In this document: piece after piece, positions 1-9,517 of the stretch
How the letters are laid out: the number at the start of each line of letters is the position of its first letter
How positions within the stretch are numbered: the stretch's first letter is position 1
Source of the DNA: an uncultured Methylomirabilota bacterium
Lineage (GTDB): Bacteria > Methylomirabilota > Methylomirabilia > Methylomirabilales > 2-02-FULL-66-22
DNA: 64,000 nucleotides
Assembly: GCA_963695995.1 (NCBI GenBank)
Contig: CAVOIV010000029.1
Coordinates: 70,914-134,913 of the forward strand
Direction of reading: 5' to 3'
Notes under the pieces: generated by a model
Told to the model about the DNA's origin: nothing
What the model saw: the letters and a program-made list of their open reading frames with translations, nothing else
Databases searched by the model: none
Made by a program: the position numbers and the translations under genes

Positions 1-1
1 C

Positions 2-109
2 GATCCGGTCGGGTCGCTGTTGGCACGGGTACGGGGAGAGGATGTGCTCCTCTCCCTGGTCGCCGGGGAGATCCGGTACAACCGAACCGAGGTGGCCGCA
101 TGCGCCTGA
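2..109 (+). CDS. 3' end of an unidentified upstream gene running off the window
   Basis: The frame is open from the window edge to TGA 107-109 and overlaps the next start (ATG 100). Only 35 codons are present (..VLLSLVAGEIRYNRTEVAACA), so no family can be assigned. Confidence 0.3.
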   Translation, partial: DPVGSLLARVRGEDVLLSLVAGEIRYNRTEVAACA

Positions 110-906
110 AACTGGGTCGCGTTCGCTACATCAACTGTGAGCCGGTGTACTATGCCCTGGAGCACGGGCAAGTATCCGCCGACTGCGACATCACCGACGG
201 GACCCCGGCGGACCTGAACGCCCGTCTGCGCGCGGGCGACCTGGACGTCTCGGTCGTCTCCGCGATGGAGCCGGCCCTCCGGCCCGAGGCCTACCGGCTC
301 CTGCCCGATCTGGCGATCGCCTGCGACGGGGCCGTGGAGAGCGTGCTCTTGGTGAGCCGGCGCGCGCCCGAGGAGCTGGACGGCCGGCTGGTGGCCCTGA
401 GCCGCCACTCGCTCACCTCCGTCTATCTGGTGAAGCTCCTGCTGGAGAAGGCGTACCGGGTCCATCCGCACTACGTCCAGGACGACCGGGCCGCGGAGGC
501 CGAGGCGCGGCTCGTCATCGGAGACGAGGCGCTCCGCCTGGGGCCGCAGTTCCCCCACAGCGTGGACCTGGGGAAGGCGTGGTACACGCTCACGGGGCTG
601 CCGTTCGTCTTCGCCGTCTGGGCGGTGCGCGAAGAGGTCTGGGCGTCGGCCGCGCCGGCGGTCCGCGCGCTCCACGGCGCGCTCCTGGCGGCCAAGGCCT
701 ACACCCGGGCGCACCCCGAGACGATGCTGGCCCTGGCGCAGGCGCGCGTCGGCCTGCCGGCCGAGGCGTGCCGCCGCTATCTGCGCGAGCGGCTCTGTTT
801 CGACCTGGGGCCCCGCCACCTGGAGGGGCTGCGCACGTTCCTGGCCATGCTGACGGAGGCCGGGGTGCTGGCGCACCCGCCGCGGCTGCGGTTCATCGAG
901 GCCTGA
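100..906 (+). CDS. mqnA: chorismate dehydratase MqnA (futalosine menaquinone pathway, MqnA/MqnD fold)
   Basis: Intact 268-aa ORF. LKLGRVRYINCEPVYYAL at the N-terminus and DLGKAWYTLTGLPFVFAVWAVR match the VitK2-biosynthesis (MqnA/MqnD) family pattern, MqnA subtype. Confidence 0.75.
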   Translation: MRLKLGRVRYINCEPVYYALEHGQVSADCDITDGTPADLNARLRAGDLDVSVVSAMEPALRPEAYRLLPDLAIACDGAVESVLLVSRRAPEELDGRLVALSRHSLTSVYLVKLLLEKAYRVHPHYVQDDRAAEAEARLVIGDEALRLGPQFPHSVDLGKAWYTLTGLPFVFAVWAVREEVWASAAPAVRALHGALLAAKAYTRAHPETMLALAQARVGLPAEACRRYLRERLCFDLGPRHLEGLRTFLAMLTEAGVLAHPPRLRFIEA

Positions 907-922
907 CGCCCAGGGGAGGACG

Positions 923-1741
923 GTGATGGCCGACACGGATCTCCGCTTCATTCACGTCTCCGACCTGCACATCCTGGCGAATGGGGAGCGGCGGCAATAC
1001 GGGGTGGACACCGGCGCCGTGCTCCGGCAGGCGATCCCCATCATCAACCGGTTGCGGCCGGATTTCGTGGTGGCCAGCGGCGATCTGGTCGGCGACGAGT
1101 CGGTGGAGTCGTATCGCCGGCTCCAGGCGCTGCTCCAGCCGCTGGAGGCGCCGATCCACCTGGGGATGGGGAATCACGATTCGCGCGCGGCCTTCCGGCG
1201 GGTCTTTCGGCCGAAAGTCCCGGCCACGGCCGAACCGGTGTGCGAGGCCTTCGAGAGCGGCGGCATGCGGTTTCTCCTCCTGGATTCGACGCTTCCCGGC
1301 AGAGAGGAAGGGCGACTCTCCCCGGAGCAACTCGACTGGCTGGCGGCGGAGCTCGCCGACCACCCTGCGCGACCGACCTGGATCTTCCTGCACCATCAGC
1401 CGTTGCCGATCTACATCCGCTGGCTGGATCGGATCGGCTTGCAGAACCCCGACCCGTTGCTGGCCCTCCTGGCGCGGCACCCGCAGGTGCAGGCCGTGGC
1501 GTACGGCCACGTCCACCAGGCGCGGTGCTGGCGCCATGGGAAGACCCTCTTCGTCGGCACGCCCGCCCTGGCGTTCCAGTTCTCTCCCATCAACCAGGAC
1601 ATGGAGATCGCGCCGGAGGCACCGGGATTCCGGTTGGTGGAGGTGGTCGGCCGGGAGACGCGCCAGTGGCTGCACTACCTCGACGGCCGCGTGGTGCCGG
1701 AGCCCCACCTGAAGGCCCTCCCCGTCTATGTGCGGGGATAG
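923..1741 (+). CDS. metallophosphoesterase (Icc/CpdA-like)
   Basis: Intact 272 aa. Calcineurin-like motifs occur in canonical order: HVSDLH, SGDLVGD, GNHD, LHHQP, GHVH. Confidence 0.8.
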   Translation: MMADTDLRFIHVSDLHILANGERRQYGVDTGAVLRQAIPIINRLRPDFVVASGDLVGDESVESYRRLQALLQPLEAPIHLGMGNHDSRAAFRRVFRPKVPATAEPVCEAFESGGMRFLLLDSTLPGREEGRLSPEQLDWLAAELADHPARPTWIFLHHQPLPIYIRWLDRIGLQNPDPLLALLARHPQVQAVAYGHVHQARCWRHGKTLFVGTPALAFQFSPINQDMEIAPEAPGFRLVEVVGRETRQWLHYLDGRVVPEPHLKALPVYVRG

Positions 1742-1775
1742 GAGCCGGACGCGCGCGAGGGACACGGAGACGGCA

Positions 1776-2798
1776 ATGTGCGAAGGCCTGCTCAGGTACC
1801 TGCCGGGACTAGCCGTCGTCGCGGCGATCGGCGCCCCCGCGCTGATGCTGCAGAGCCAGCTCACGGTCAGCGGCAAGACGGTGGTGAGCGCCGTGGCGGT
1901 GGCCATCGTCCTGGGCGTGCTGGTCCGGAATCTCTGGGGGCTCGCGGAGGTGTGCAAGCCGGGTGTGAGCTTCGCCGTCAAGCGGCTGCTCCGGGTCGGC
2001 ATCGCCCTCCTCGGGGCGCAGTTGAGCCTGGGCCAGGTGCTGCGGACCGGGGCGACGGCGGTGTTCGTGGTCGCGACCTGCATCGTCCTGGCGATCCTGG
2101 TGGTGCGATTTCTGAGCACCCGCATGGGCCTGTCGGACCGGCTCGGGACGCTGCTGGGCGTCGGCACGTCCATCTGCGGGGTGTCCGCCATCGTGGCCAC
2201 GGCCCCGGCGATCGAGGCCAAGCAGGAGGAGACGTCGATGGCCGTGGCCACCATCACCGTCTTCGGTCTCCTGGCGGTGGTCGTCTATCCGCTCCTCGGG
2301 AGAGCGCTCGGCCTCTCGGACGTCGTCTTCGGGACCTGGGCCGGCACGGCGGTCAACGATACCAGCCAGGTGGTCGCCGCGGGGCTGATCTATAGCCAGA
2401 CGGCCGGCGAGGTTGCGACGGTCGTGAAGCTCACCCGCAACCTCTTCATGGCGCCGGTGATCGTCGTGCTGAGCTCCTGGTATCTGCGGAAAGGTCAGGG
2501 GTCACGGGTCCGGGGTCAGAAAGGGATCTCGCTGAAGAGCGCGGTGCCGGGGTTCGTCCTGGGGTTCGTGGCCATGGCCGTTCTGAATTCGCTCGGCGTC
2601 TTCCCGCCGATGGCTCTGGACCCCATCAAGACCGCCTCGTCCTGGCTCATCGTCGTCGCCCTGGCCGGGGTCGGCCTGGAGACCAACCTGGCGAGCCTCA
2701 AGGCCATCGGGTTTCGGCCGTTCTACGCGGGGCTGTGCGCCGCGAGCTTCATGGCCGCGGTGAGCTTCGGCCTCATCCGGATCTTCGGCATCGGCTGA
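1776..2798 (+). CDS. YeiH/UPF0324 family membrane protein (putative sulfate exporter family)
   Basis: About 340 aa from ATG 1776; the track ORF starts further upstream at 1728. It is polytopic and hydrophobic, and the GVGTSICGVSAIVATAPAI motif is typical of the family. Confidence 0.8.
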   Translation: MCEGLLRYLPGLAVVAAIGAPALMLQSQLTVSGKTVVSAVAVAIVLGVLVRNLWGLAEVCKPGVSFAVKRLLRVGIALLGAQLSLGQVLRTGATAVFVVATCIVLAILVVRFLSTRMGLSDRLGTLLGVGTSICGVSAIVATAPAIEAKQEETSMAVATITVFGLLAVVVYPLLGRALGLSDVVFGTWAGTAVNDTSQVVAAGLIYSQTAGEVATVVKLTRNLFMAPVIVVLSSWYLRKGQGSRVRGQKGISLKSAVPGFVLGFVAMAVLNSLGVFPPMALDPIKTASSWLIVVALAGVGLETNLASLKAIGFRPFYAGLCAASFMAAVSFGLIRIFGIG

Positions 2799-2802
2799 GC
2801 CG

Positions 2803-2901
2803 TTGTCAAAGAATAACTTGACCGGAGAAATTCCGGGAACGGCATAAGGAGCCGTAACGAAATTACAAAACATGGACAAGTTATTTCGTAACGGCTCCTA
2901 A
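2803..2901. promoter_or_regulatory. AT-rich operator-like region upstream of the DapA-family/TRAP genes
   Basis: There is a palindrome GTCAA-N8-TTGAC (2805-2822). There is also a 19-nt inverted repeat, TAAGGAGCCGTAACGAAAT (2845-2863) and ATTTCGTAACGGCTCCTAA (2883-2901), matching 17/19 with a 19-nt spacer. Both lie in a locally AT-rich 176-nt intergenic gap. Confidence 0.4.
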
Positions 2902-2974
2902 GGCTGCGACGGGGCGAGCGGCCGGGCCGGGTGGGCACGCGCGGGGCGACTCGCGCCCGAAAAGGAGAGAGACT

Positions 2975-3916
2975 GTGGCGACACACCTGACGTTCTCGGG
3001 GATCCTGCCGGCCAACCTCCTGCCGTTCACACCCGAGTACGCCATTCACGAGGCGGACTATCGCCGCCACCTGCACTGGCTGGCGAGCGTGCAGGGCGTC
3101 ACGGGGATCGTCTGTAACGGACACGCCGCCGAGGTCTCCTCGCTCAACCGGGAGGAGCGGCGGCGCGCCCTCGCCGTCGCCACCGAGGCGGTCGGGGCGC
3201 GGCTGCCGGTGATCGCCGGGGTGTATGCGGAGAGCACGCGCGAGGCGGTGGCGCTGGCGCGCGACGCCGAGGTCGAAGGCGCAAGCGGGCTGCTGATCTT
3301 CCCCCCGACGCTCTTCATGTGGGGAGGGCGAGAGCACCCGGAGATGGTCCATCGGCACATCGCGACCATCGCGGAAGCGGTCCCCCTGCCGCTGGTGATC
3401 TTCCAGTATCCCCTGGCGTCCGGCCTCGGCTACACGACCGAGATCCTGGTGCGCCTGGTGGAGATTCCGACCGTGGTGGCGGTCAAGGAATGGAGCAACG
3501 ACATCGTGGCCTTCGAGCGCAACCTGCGCGCCATCCGGGCGACGGGCCGGCCGGTGGCGGTCCTGTCCTCGTTCACCATGTCGCTCTTGGCCAGTTTCCT
3601 CCTGGGGGCGGACGGAGCCATCTCCGGGATGGGGAGCGTGACGGCGGACTTCCAGGCCGAGATGTTCGCGCAGGTCCAGCAGGGCGATCTCGAGGCGGCA
3701 CGGAAGATCCACGATCGACTGGACCCCCTGGTGCGGGCGTTCTATGCGCCGCCCTTCCTCGACATGCACAACCGGATGAAGGAGGCCCTGGCGATGCTGG
3801 GACGGATCGAGCGCGCCGTGGTCCGGCCGCCGCTCTGTCCCATCGGCGATGCGGAGCGTGCGGCGATCCGGACCGCGCTGACGGCCGCCGGCCTCCTCCC
3901 GGCCGTGCCGGCGTGA
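2975..3916 (+). CDS. DapA/NAL-family class I aldolase or dehydratase (dihydrodipicolinate synthase family; exact substrate unknown)
   Basis: Intact 313 aa with a GTG start after AAAAGGAGAG. Family pattern present: GIVCNGHAAEVSSLNREER, PVIAGV, AEVEGASGLLIFPP. The context (TRAP transporter) suggests catabolism rather than lysine biosynthesis. Confidence 0.8.
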   Translation: MATHLTFSGILPANLLPFTPEYAIHEADYRRHLHWLASVQGVTGIVCNGHAAEVSSLNREERRRALAVATEAVGARLPVIAGVYAESTREAVALARDAEVEGASGLLIFPPTLFMWGGREHPEMVHRHIATIAEAVPLPLVIFQYPLASGLGYTTEILVRLVEIPTVVAVKEWSNDIVAFERNLRAIRATGRPVAVLSSFTMSLLASFLLGADGAISGMGSVTADFQAEMFAQVQQGDLEAARKIHDRLDPLVRAFYAPPFLDMHNRMKEALAMLGRIERAVVRPPLCPIGDAERAAIRTALTAAGLLPAVPA

Positions 3917-4021
3917 GGCCGCCGGAACGGCAACCAGACCGCCGTCCAGGCGCCCGTCCGGAGCGGGAGCGGAAACCGCGGGCGGACAGGTGCCGCCACG
4001 CATTCCATCGGCCGTTTTCCC

Positions 4022-4050
4022 TTGACACTTTCGGGCGGTTCCAGTTAATT
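4022..4050 (+). promoter_or_regulatory. candidate sigma70 promoter for dctPQM
   Basis: TTGACA (4022-4027), 17-nt spacer, TTAATT (4045-4050), located about 75 nt upstream of the dctP start. Confidence 0.45.
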
Positions 4051-4125
4051 GAGTCGCCAAGCGGGGCTGTGTTGCCCCTCCCCCCGGTCCGTTCAAACAC
4101 GGTGTCCACACGAGGAGGTTTCCCG

Positions 4126-5118
4126 ATGAAGCGAGGCATGGTGTTCATGTTAGCTCTGGCCCTGGTCCTGGCCGGCTTGGTCGGGATCGCCCAGGCCCAG
4201 CAGAAATTCACGGCCAAGATCGCCGACATCCTGTCACCGGATCACCCGCACTCCCTGACGATGAAGTTCTTCGCCGACCGGGTGAAGGAGCGCACCAAGG
4301 GCCGGATGGAGATCCAGGTCTTCCCCGCGGCGCAGCTCGGCCAGACCAAGGACCTGTTCATGGGCGTCCAGACCGGCAGCATCGAGATGGCCAAGATGCC
4401 CATGTCGTTCTCGGGCGAGTGGATCCCCGAGTCCAAGGTGTGGGACCTGCCCTACCTCTTCAACAGCCGGGACGAGCTCTGGAAGGTCATCCGCAGCGAC
4501 GTGGGCAAGAAGTTCTTCAGCGATTTCTACCCCAAGCAGGGCCTGGCGGGGCTCTTCTGGGTGGATGACGGCGGCCGGAGCATCTACGCCAGCAAGGCCG
4601 TGCGGAAGCCCGAGGACCTGAAGGGGATGAAGATCCGCGTCCAGCCCAGCGACATCCAGATCCAGGCCATCAACGAGATGGGGGGCATCGGTACGCCGCT
4701 GGCGTTCGGCGAGGTCTATCTGGCCATCCAGCAGAAGGTGCTGGACGGCGCCGAGAACTCCCCGGCCCTCTTCTGGACCTCCAAGCACTGGGAGGTGGCC
4801 AAGGTCTACTCTCTGACCGAACAGTTCTGGTCGGTGAGCGGCTTCATCGCCAACAAGAAGTGGTGGGACGGGCTGCCCAAGGACATCCAGGCCGAGATGG
4901 CCGCGGCCGGGCCGGAGACGGAGAAGTACTTCCTCGACACCTATATCGCGCTGGAGAGCAAGGCCATCGGGTTCCTGAAGGAGAAGGGGGTCCAGGTCGT
5001 CACCGACGTGGACAAGGCCACCTTCGAGAAGCGCATCCAGCCGGTGTACGAAAACTTCGTGAAGAAGTACGCCTTCGGCAAGGCCCTCCTGGATCAGGCG
5101 CGCGCGGCCAAGAAGTAG
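4126..5118 (+). CDS. dctP: TRAP transporter substrate-binding protein DctP family
   Basis: ATG 4126 follows GAGGAGG. The signal peptide MKRGMVFMLALALVLAGLVGIAQAQ is followed by a DctP-type pattern (DHPHS.., QVFPAAQLG, YLFNSRDE). The long track ORF from 3319 is an upstream read-through of the same frame. Confidence 0.9.
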   Translation: MKRGMVFMLALALVLAGLVGIAQAQQKFTAKIADILSPDHPHSLTMKFFADRVKERTKGRMEIQVFPAAQLGQTKDLFMGVQTGSIEMAKMPMSFSGEWIPESKVWDLPYLFNSRDELWKVIRSDVGKKFFSDFYPKQGLAGLFWVDDGGRSIYASKAVRKPEDLKGMKIRVQPSDIQIQAINEMGGIGTPLAFGEVYLAIQQKVLDGAENSPALFWTSKHWEVAKVYSLTEQFWSVSGFIANKKWWDGLPKDIQAEMAAAGPETEKYFLDTYIALESKAIGFLKEKGVQVVTDVDKATFEKRIQPVYENFVKKYAFGKALLDQARAAKK

Positions 5119-5200
5119 GCGCGTCGGGACGGGGTTCGTTCGCGGGGGCGGTGCCGAATAGCGCACCGCCCCCGTTATTGTCTGCGCAGGGAGGCCGGCC

Positions 5201-5683
5201 GTGAACAAGCTCTTGGATCGACTCATCGAGGCGGCGTGCGCGACCACGGTGGTCGCGCTGACCGTCATCGTCAGCCTGCAGGTCTTCAACCGTTTCGTCC
5301 TGAAGACGCCCCTGGCCTGGTCGGAGGACCTGGCCATGCTTCTCTTCCAGTGGGTGGTCTTCCTGGGGGCCGCCCTGGGAGTGAAGCGGCTGCGGCACTT
5401 CGGGATCGAGCTGGTCGTCCGAAGGTTTCCGGAGCGGGTGCGGCATCGGGTCGAGCTGCTCACCCCGGCCGTGATGGCCATCGTGGCCTTGGTCATGATC
5501 GTCCAGGGCTGGACGCTGCTGACCTTCAACCGGACCCGGACGTTCCCGACCATGGATCTCACTTACACCTGGGCGTTCTTGCCGATCCCGCTGGCCGGGG
5601 TGCTCATCCTGTTCTATCTGGCGCAGCTCGAAGTCCGTCGCTGGCGCGGCGACCCGCCAGCCGAGGGAGGGCACGGGCGATGA
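5201..5683 (+). CDS. dctQ: TRAP transporter small permease DctQ family
   Basis: Intact 160 aa with 4 hydrophobic segments. It lies between dctP and dctM, and its stop overlaps the dctM start (ATGA). Confidence 0.85.
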   Translation: MNKLLDRLIEAACATTVVALTVIVSLQVFNRFVLKTPLAWSEDLAMLLFQWVVFLGAALGVKRLRHFGIELVVRRFPERVRHRVELLTPAVMAIVALVMIVQGWTLLTFNRTRTFPTMDLTYTWAFLPIPLAGVLILFYLAQLEVRRWRGDPPAEGGHGR

Positions 5684-6975
5684 GCATGGCCTTGATCGGC
5701 ATCCTCCTCGGCGGGTTCATCCTCCTGCTCGCCCTGAACGTTCCCGTCGCCTTCTCTATGGTCCTGGCCTGCATTGTCACCTTGTGGTGGCAGGGCACGA
5801 TCCCGATCTCGACGGTGACCATGAAGCTGTACTCGGGCATCGACACCTTTCCCTTCCTCGCCATCCCGCTCTTCATCCTGGCCGGCGCGCTGATGGAGCA
5901 GGGAGGCATCTCGGCGCGGCTGGTGCGATTGGCCACCAATCTGGTCGGCCACATCCGCGGCGGGTTGGGGTTCGTCGTGGTGGTCTCGGAGATCTTCTTC
6001 TCGGGCATCTCCGGCTCTTCCATCGCCGATGCCTCGGCCATCGGCTCCCTGCTCTTGCCGTCCATGGTGCGGTCGGGCTACACGGCCGCGCGGGCCACTG
6101 CCATCGTGGCGGCGGCAACCGGCATGGGCATGATGATTCCTCCGTGCCTCAACATGGTCGTCCTGGGAGCGGTCGCCAACATCTCCATCGCGGGGTTGTT
6201 CATGGGCGGGTTCCTTCCCGGCTTCCTGATGGCGCTGACCCTGATGGTGGTCATCTACATCCAGTCCTGCCGCGGAACCCTGCCGGCGGCGACCTCGGCC
6301 AAGCCGACCCTGCAGGAAGTGCTGGCCTCCATCAAGGAGAGCGTCATCCCCCTGCTCACGCCGGTGATCATCTTCGGGGGGATCTTCGCCGGGGTGTTCA
6401 CCGCCACCGAGGCCGCCGCCGTGGCCACGCTGTATGCGTTCATCGTGTCGTTCTTCCTGTACAAGGAGATCGGCAGGAAGGAGCTGTACAAGATTCTCGT
6501 CGATACGGCGGTGATGACGGGAGTCGTCTCCCTCTTGGTCGGGGCCGCCACCGGCTTCTCCTGGATTCTGGCGACCTACCAGGTGCCGCGCATGATCGGG
6601 GACTTCATCACGGCCGTGGGAGGCGGCCAGTACACGTTCATGCTGCTCAGCATCGCCGTGTTCCTCTTCTTCGGGATGATTCTGGATGGGTTGCCGGCCA
6701 TCCTGATCTTTTTCCCGATCCTCATGCCGATCGCGCTGTCGCTCGGGGTGCAGCCGCTCCACTACGGGGTCCTGGTGATCGCCATCGTGGGCATCGCCAT
6801 CGTGGCGCCCCCCATCGGGCTGTGCCTGGTGATCCTGTGCAGCTTGGCCAAGATCAAGCTGACGGACACCATCGGGCCGCTGATCCCCTACATCAGCATC
6901 CTGATCGCGGACCTGGTGATCATGGCCTTCTGGCCCTGGCTGGTGATGTTCCTGCCCACGTTCTTCAAGCTGTGA
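5680..6975 (+). CDS. dctM: TRAP transporter large permease DctM family
   Basis: ATG 5680 (MSMALIGILLGGFILLL..), about 431 aa, intact, polytopic, typical DctM sequence. Confidence 0.9.
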   Translation: MSMALIGILLGGFILLLALNVPVAFSMVLACIVTLWWQGTIPISTVTMKLYSGIDTFPFLAIPLFILAGALMEQGGISARLVRLATNLVGHIRGGLGFVVVVSEIFFSGISGSSIADASAIGSLLLPSMVRSGYTAARATAIVAAATGMGMMIPPCLNMVVLGAVANISIAGLFMGGFLPGFLMALTLMVVIYIQSCRGTLPAATSAKPTLQEVLASIKESVIPLLTPVIIFGGIFAGVFTATEAAAVATLYAFIVSFFLYKEIGRKELYKILVDTAVMTGVVSLLVGAATGFSWILATYQVPRMIGDFITAVGGGQYTFMLLSIAVFLFFGMILDGLPAILIFFPILMPIALSLGVQPLHYGVLVIAIVGIAIVAPPIGLCLVILCSLAKIKLTDTIGPLIPYISILIADLVIMAFWPWLVMFLPTFFKL

Positions 6976-6998
6976 GGGGACCTGCGGGAGAGGCGCCC

Positions 6999-8169
6999 AT
7001 GGATATGGTTGGGATCGGTTTTATCGGTTCGCGGTTCGCGGCGGAGTTGCACGCTCACGCGCTCAGCAAGATCCGGGGCAGCAAGTGCGAGATCGTTGCG
7101 GTCTGCTCCAAGACCAAGGAGAGCGCCGAGACGTTTGCCGCGAAAGTTCAACATTCCCCACGCGTACACCGACCATCGGGCGATGCTGGAACGCAAGGAT
7201 ATTCACCTCGTGACGCTGCCCGTGGTGACGAGCCTCCACCACACGCTGGCCATCGACGCCGCCAACGCCGGCAAGCACCTCATCATGGAGAAGCCGCTCA
7301 CCGGCTGCTTCGCCGAGGCGAGCTCCATGTCTCGGCAGGCGATGTTCGCCGAGGCGATGAAGAACGCCGACGCCGTGGTCGACGCGTGTCGCCGGAACAA
7401 GGTACGCATGGGGTACGCCGAGAACTTCGTGTACGCGCCACCGGTGGCGAAGCTTCGGCGGCTGATGGACGCCAGCGGGGGGACATTGCTCGACCTGCGC
7501 GCCGAGGAGAGCCACTCCGGCTCCCACGCCGCGTACTCGCGGCGCTGGCTGACCGCGGGCGGCGGCTCCATGTTGCGGATGGGCTCCCATCCCATCGGGG
7601 CGGTGATCCACCTCAAGCACTACGAAGGAATGAAGAGGTCCGGGAAGCCGATCCGGGTGAAGTCCGTCCTGGCGGACGTGGCGCAGCTCAGCAAGCACCC
7701 CGCCGTTCAGGCCGCGCCAAAGAAGTAGCTGGTGACCTCCTGGGAGGACGTCGAGGACTGGTCGGCTGCCATTCTCACCTTCGAGGACGGCACCAAGGCG
7801 TCGGTCTTTTCCACGGATGTGAGCCTCGGGCGGGGTGAAGAACCTGGTGACGGCCTACCTCGACAACGCCGTGGTCCAGGTGAACATCAACCCCAACACC
7901 AGCCTCCAGGTGTACGCACCAGACGGAGCAGATCTGGGGAGACGAGTACATCACGGAGAAGGTGGAGACGAAGGGCGGCTGGCAGTTCCCCAGCCCCGAC
8001 GAAGACTGGATGCGCGGCTATCCCGCAGGAGATGGAGGACTTCGTGGACGCCGTCCGCGAGGGGCGCGAACCGCTGTCGGGCCTCCTCCTGGCGCACGAG
8101 ACCGTCGAGGTCATCTACGCCGGGTACGTCTCCGCGCAGGAGGGCCGCCGGGTGGAGTTGACGCGGTAA
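6999..8169 (+). pseudogene. Gfo/Idh/MocA-family oxidoreductase, multiply disrupted as assembled
   Basis: The N-terminus MDMVGIGFIGSRFAAELHAHAL.. is a Rossmann motif, followed by EKPL and the C-terminal domain. The protein can only be read by hopping frames at about 7150 (extra A), about 7830 (G run), about 7925 and about 8020 (C run). There is also an in-frame TAG at 7726-7728. Confidence 0.75.
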
Positions 8170-8257
8170 GGCGCCGCTCCGGTCGGGGGTGGGCTGGTTG
8201 TGTTCCGCCGGATCGGGCGGGCGGCTCGGACACGAACCGAGGAACGGGAGAGTCGAC

Positions 8258-9454
8258 ATGGACAGCGCGTGGGAGGGGGCACACTGGTCCGTCAGTCCCC
8301 ACAATTTCGCGCCGGAGATCCGCGTCCCGCCGCGGTCGGTGGCGCTCCACGACATCACCCTGCGCGACGGGGAGGAGTGCGCCGACGTGGCCCTCGGCCC
8401 CGAGGAGAAACTCGCCATCGCCGAGGCGTTGTGCGCGGTTGGCCTCCGGCGGATCGAACTCTTCCTCACCGTGCCGGGCTGGTTGGAGGTGGTGCGGCAA
8501 TACATGGCGCGGCAGCTCCCTGCGGCGCTCTACGTCACCTGGCGGCCGGGCCGCATCGAGCGGGCCCTGGAACTGGGGGTCAAGCATGTCATGGTCTGGT
8601 TCCGCGCCAGCGATCAGTTCCAGCAGCACGTCCTCCAGCGCACGCGACAGGCGCTGCTGGAGGAGGCGCTCGAGGCCATCGCGCAAGCGAAACAGGCCGG
8701 GCTGCACGTGAACTTCTTCATGCCGGAGTCAACGCGCACCACGCTCGATCAGTTACGGGAGGCGGTCCAGGCGGCCGAGCGGGCGGGGGCGGACGCCGTG
8801 ACGCTCGTCGACAGCCTCAGCATCGCGCGCCCCGCCGCCATCGGGTATCTGGTCCGGAAGCTGACGGAATGGGTGCGCGTCCCCATCGAGGTCCACTGCC
8901 ACAACGATTTCGGTCTGGCCACGGCGAGCGTCCTGGCGGGATACGAGGCCGGCGCCAGCGTGATCCACACCGCCGTCAACGGGCTGGGGTATCGGGCCGG
9001 GAACTCGTCGCTGGACGAGGTGGCGATCTCGCTGCGGGCGCTGTACGGGGTAGAGACTGGGATCGCCTACGAGCGATTGCCCTGGCTGGCCGATCTCGTC
9101 CAGCGGATCACGGGCCTGGCCAACGGCTATTTCAAGCCGGTGGTGGGAGTGGGGGCGTTCCGGTACGAGCAGTGGGGGGCGACCTCGGCCTTGGAGCGAG
9201 CGGGGCTGCGACCGGGGGCCTTCCCCTTCGAGCCGGAGATGGTCGGGCGCGGCATGAGCCTGGTGATCGGCAAGTGGAGCGACCTGGCGGCCGTGGAGCG
9301 GAAACTCGCGGAGCTGGGTATGAGCGCGTCGACCGATCAGATACAAGCGATCTACCGGCGGGCCGTGACGGCGGCCCTGGCCCACCGTCGGCCGCTGGCG
9401 GATGCGGAGTTCCTGGACATTGCCTCGGGCGAAGGGGCGACCTTTGCCAAATGA
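8258..9454 (+). CDS. HMGL-like / pyruvate carboxyltransferase-domain enzyme (aldolase or homocitrate/isopropylmalate synthase-like)
   Basis: Intact 398 aa from ATG 8258. LHDITLRDGEE.., EVHCHNDFGLATA and TAVNGLG are the DRE-TIM metallolyase signatures. Confidence 0.7.
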   Translation: MDSAWEGAHWSVSPHNFAPEIRVPPRSVALHDITLRDGEECADVALGPEEKLAIAEALCAVGLRRIELFLTVPGWLEVVRQYMARQLPAALYVTWRPGRIERALELGVKHVMVWFRASDQFQQHVLQRTRQALLEEALEAIAQAKQAGLHVNFFMPESTRTTLDQLREAVQAAERAGADAVTLVDSLSIARPAAIGYLVRKLTEWVRVPIEVHCHNDFGLATASVLAGYEAGASVIHTAVNGLGYRAGNSSLDEVAISLRALYGVETGIAYERLPWLADLVQRITGLANGYFKPVVGVGAFRYEQWGATSALERAGLRPGAFPFEPEMVGRGMSLVIGKWSDLAAVERKLAELGMSASTDQIQAIYRRAVTAALAHRRPLADAEFLDIASGEGATFAK

Positions 9455-9517
9455 CGCGGCGCGGTGGACTCGCCCTGTGCGGTGGGCGTCTGGGTCGTGA
9501 GGGAAGAGCTAACTGCC

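Noticed and set aside
893-2257. Long antisense or alternative-frame ORFs throughout the window. Examples are 893-2257(-), 2723-4111(-), 4234-5562(-), 18638-20338(-), 43349-45739(-), 54329-56044(-), 59658-61370(-) and 62142-62915(-).
   Set aside because: They translate to Arg/Pro/Gly/Ala-rich low-complexity sequence and lie opposite well-recognised genes. These are the shadow ORFs expected in stop-poor high-GC DNA.
3319-5118. N-terminal extensions of track ORFs (3319 for dctP, 5236 for dctM, 10295 for the SDR, 1728 for yeiH and others).
   Set aside because: The upstream parts overlap preceding genes in another frame and are low-complexity. Internal ATG/GTG starts with RBS and signal peptides or family N-termini fit better.
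7726-7728. The in-frame TAG in the Gfo/Idh/MocA gene as a recoded codon (pyrrolysine or readthrough).
   Set aside because: The same gene carries at least four frameshifts. No pyl genes or PYLIS-like context are seen. A base error or pseudogenisation is far more likely.
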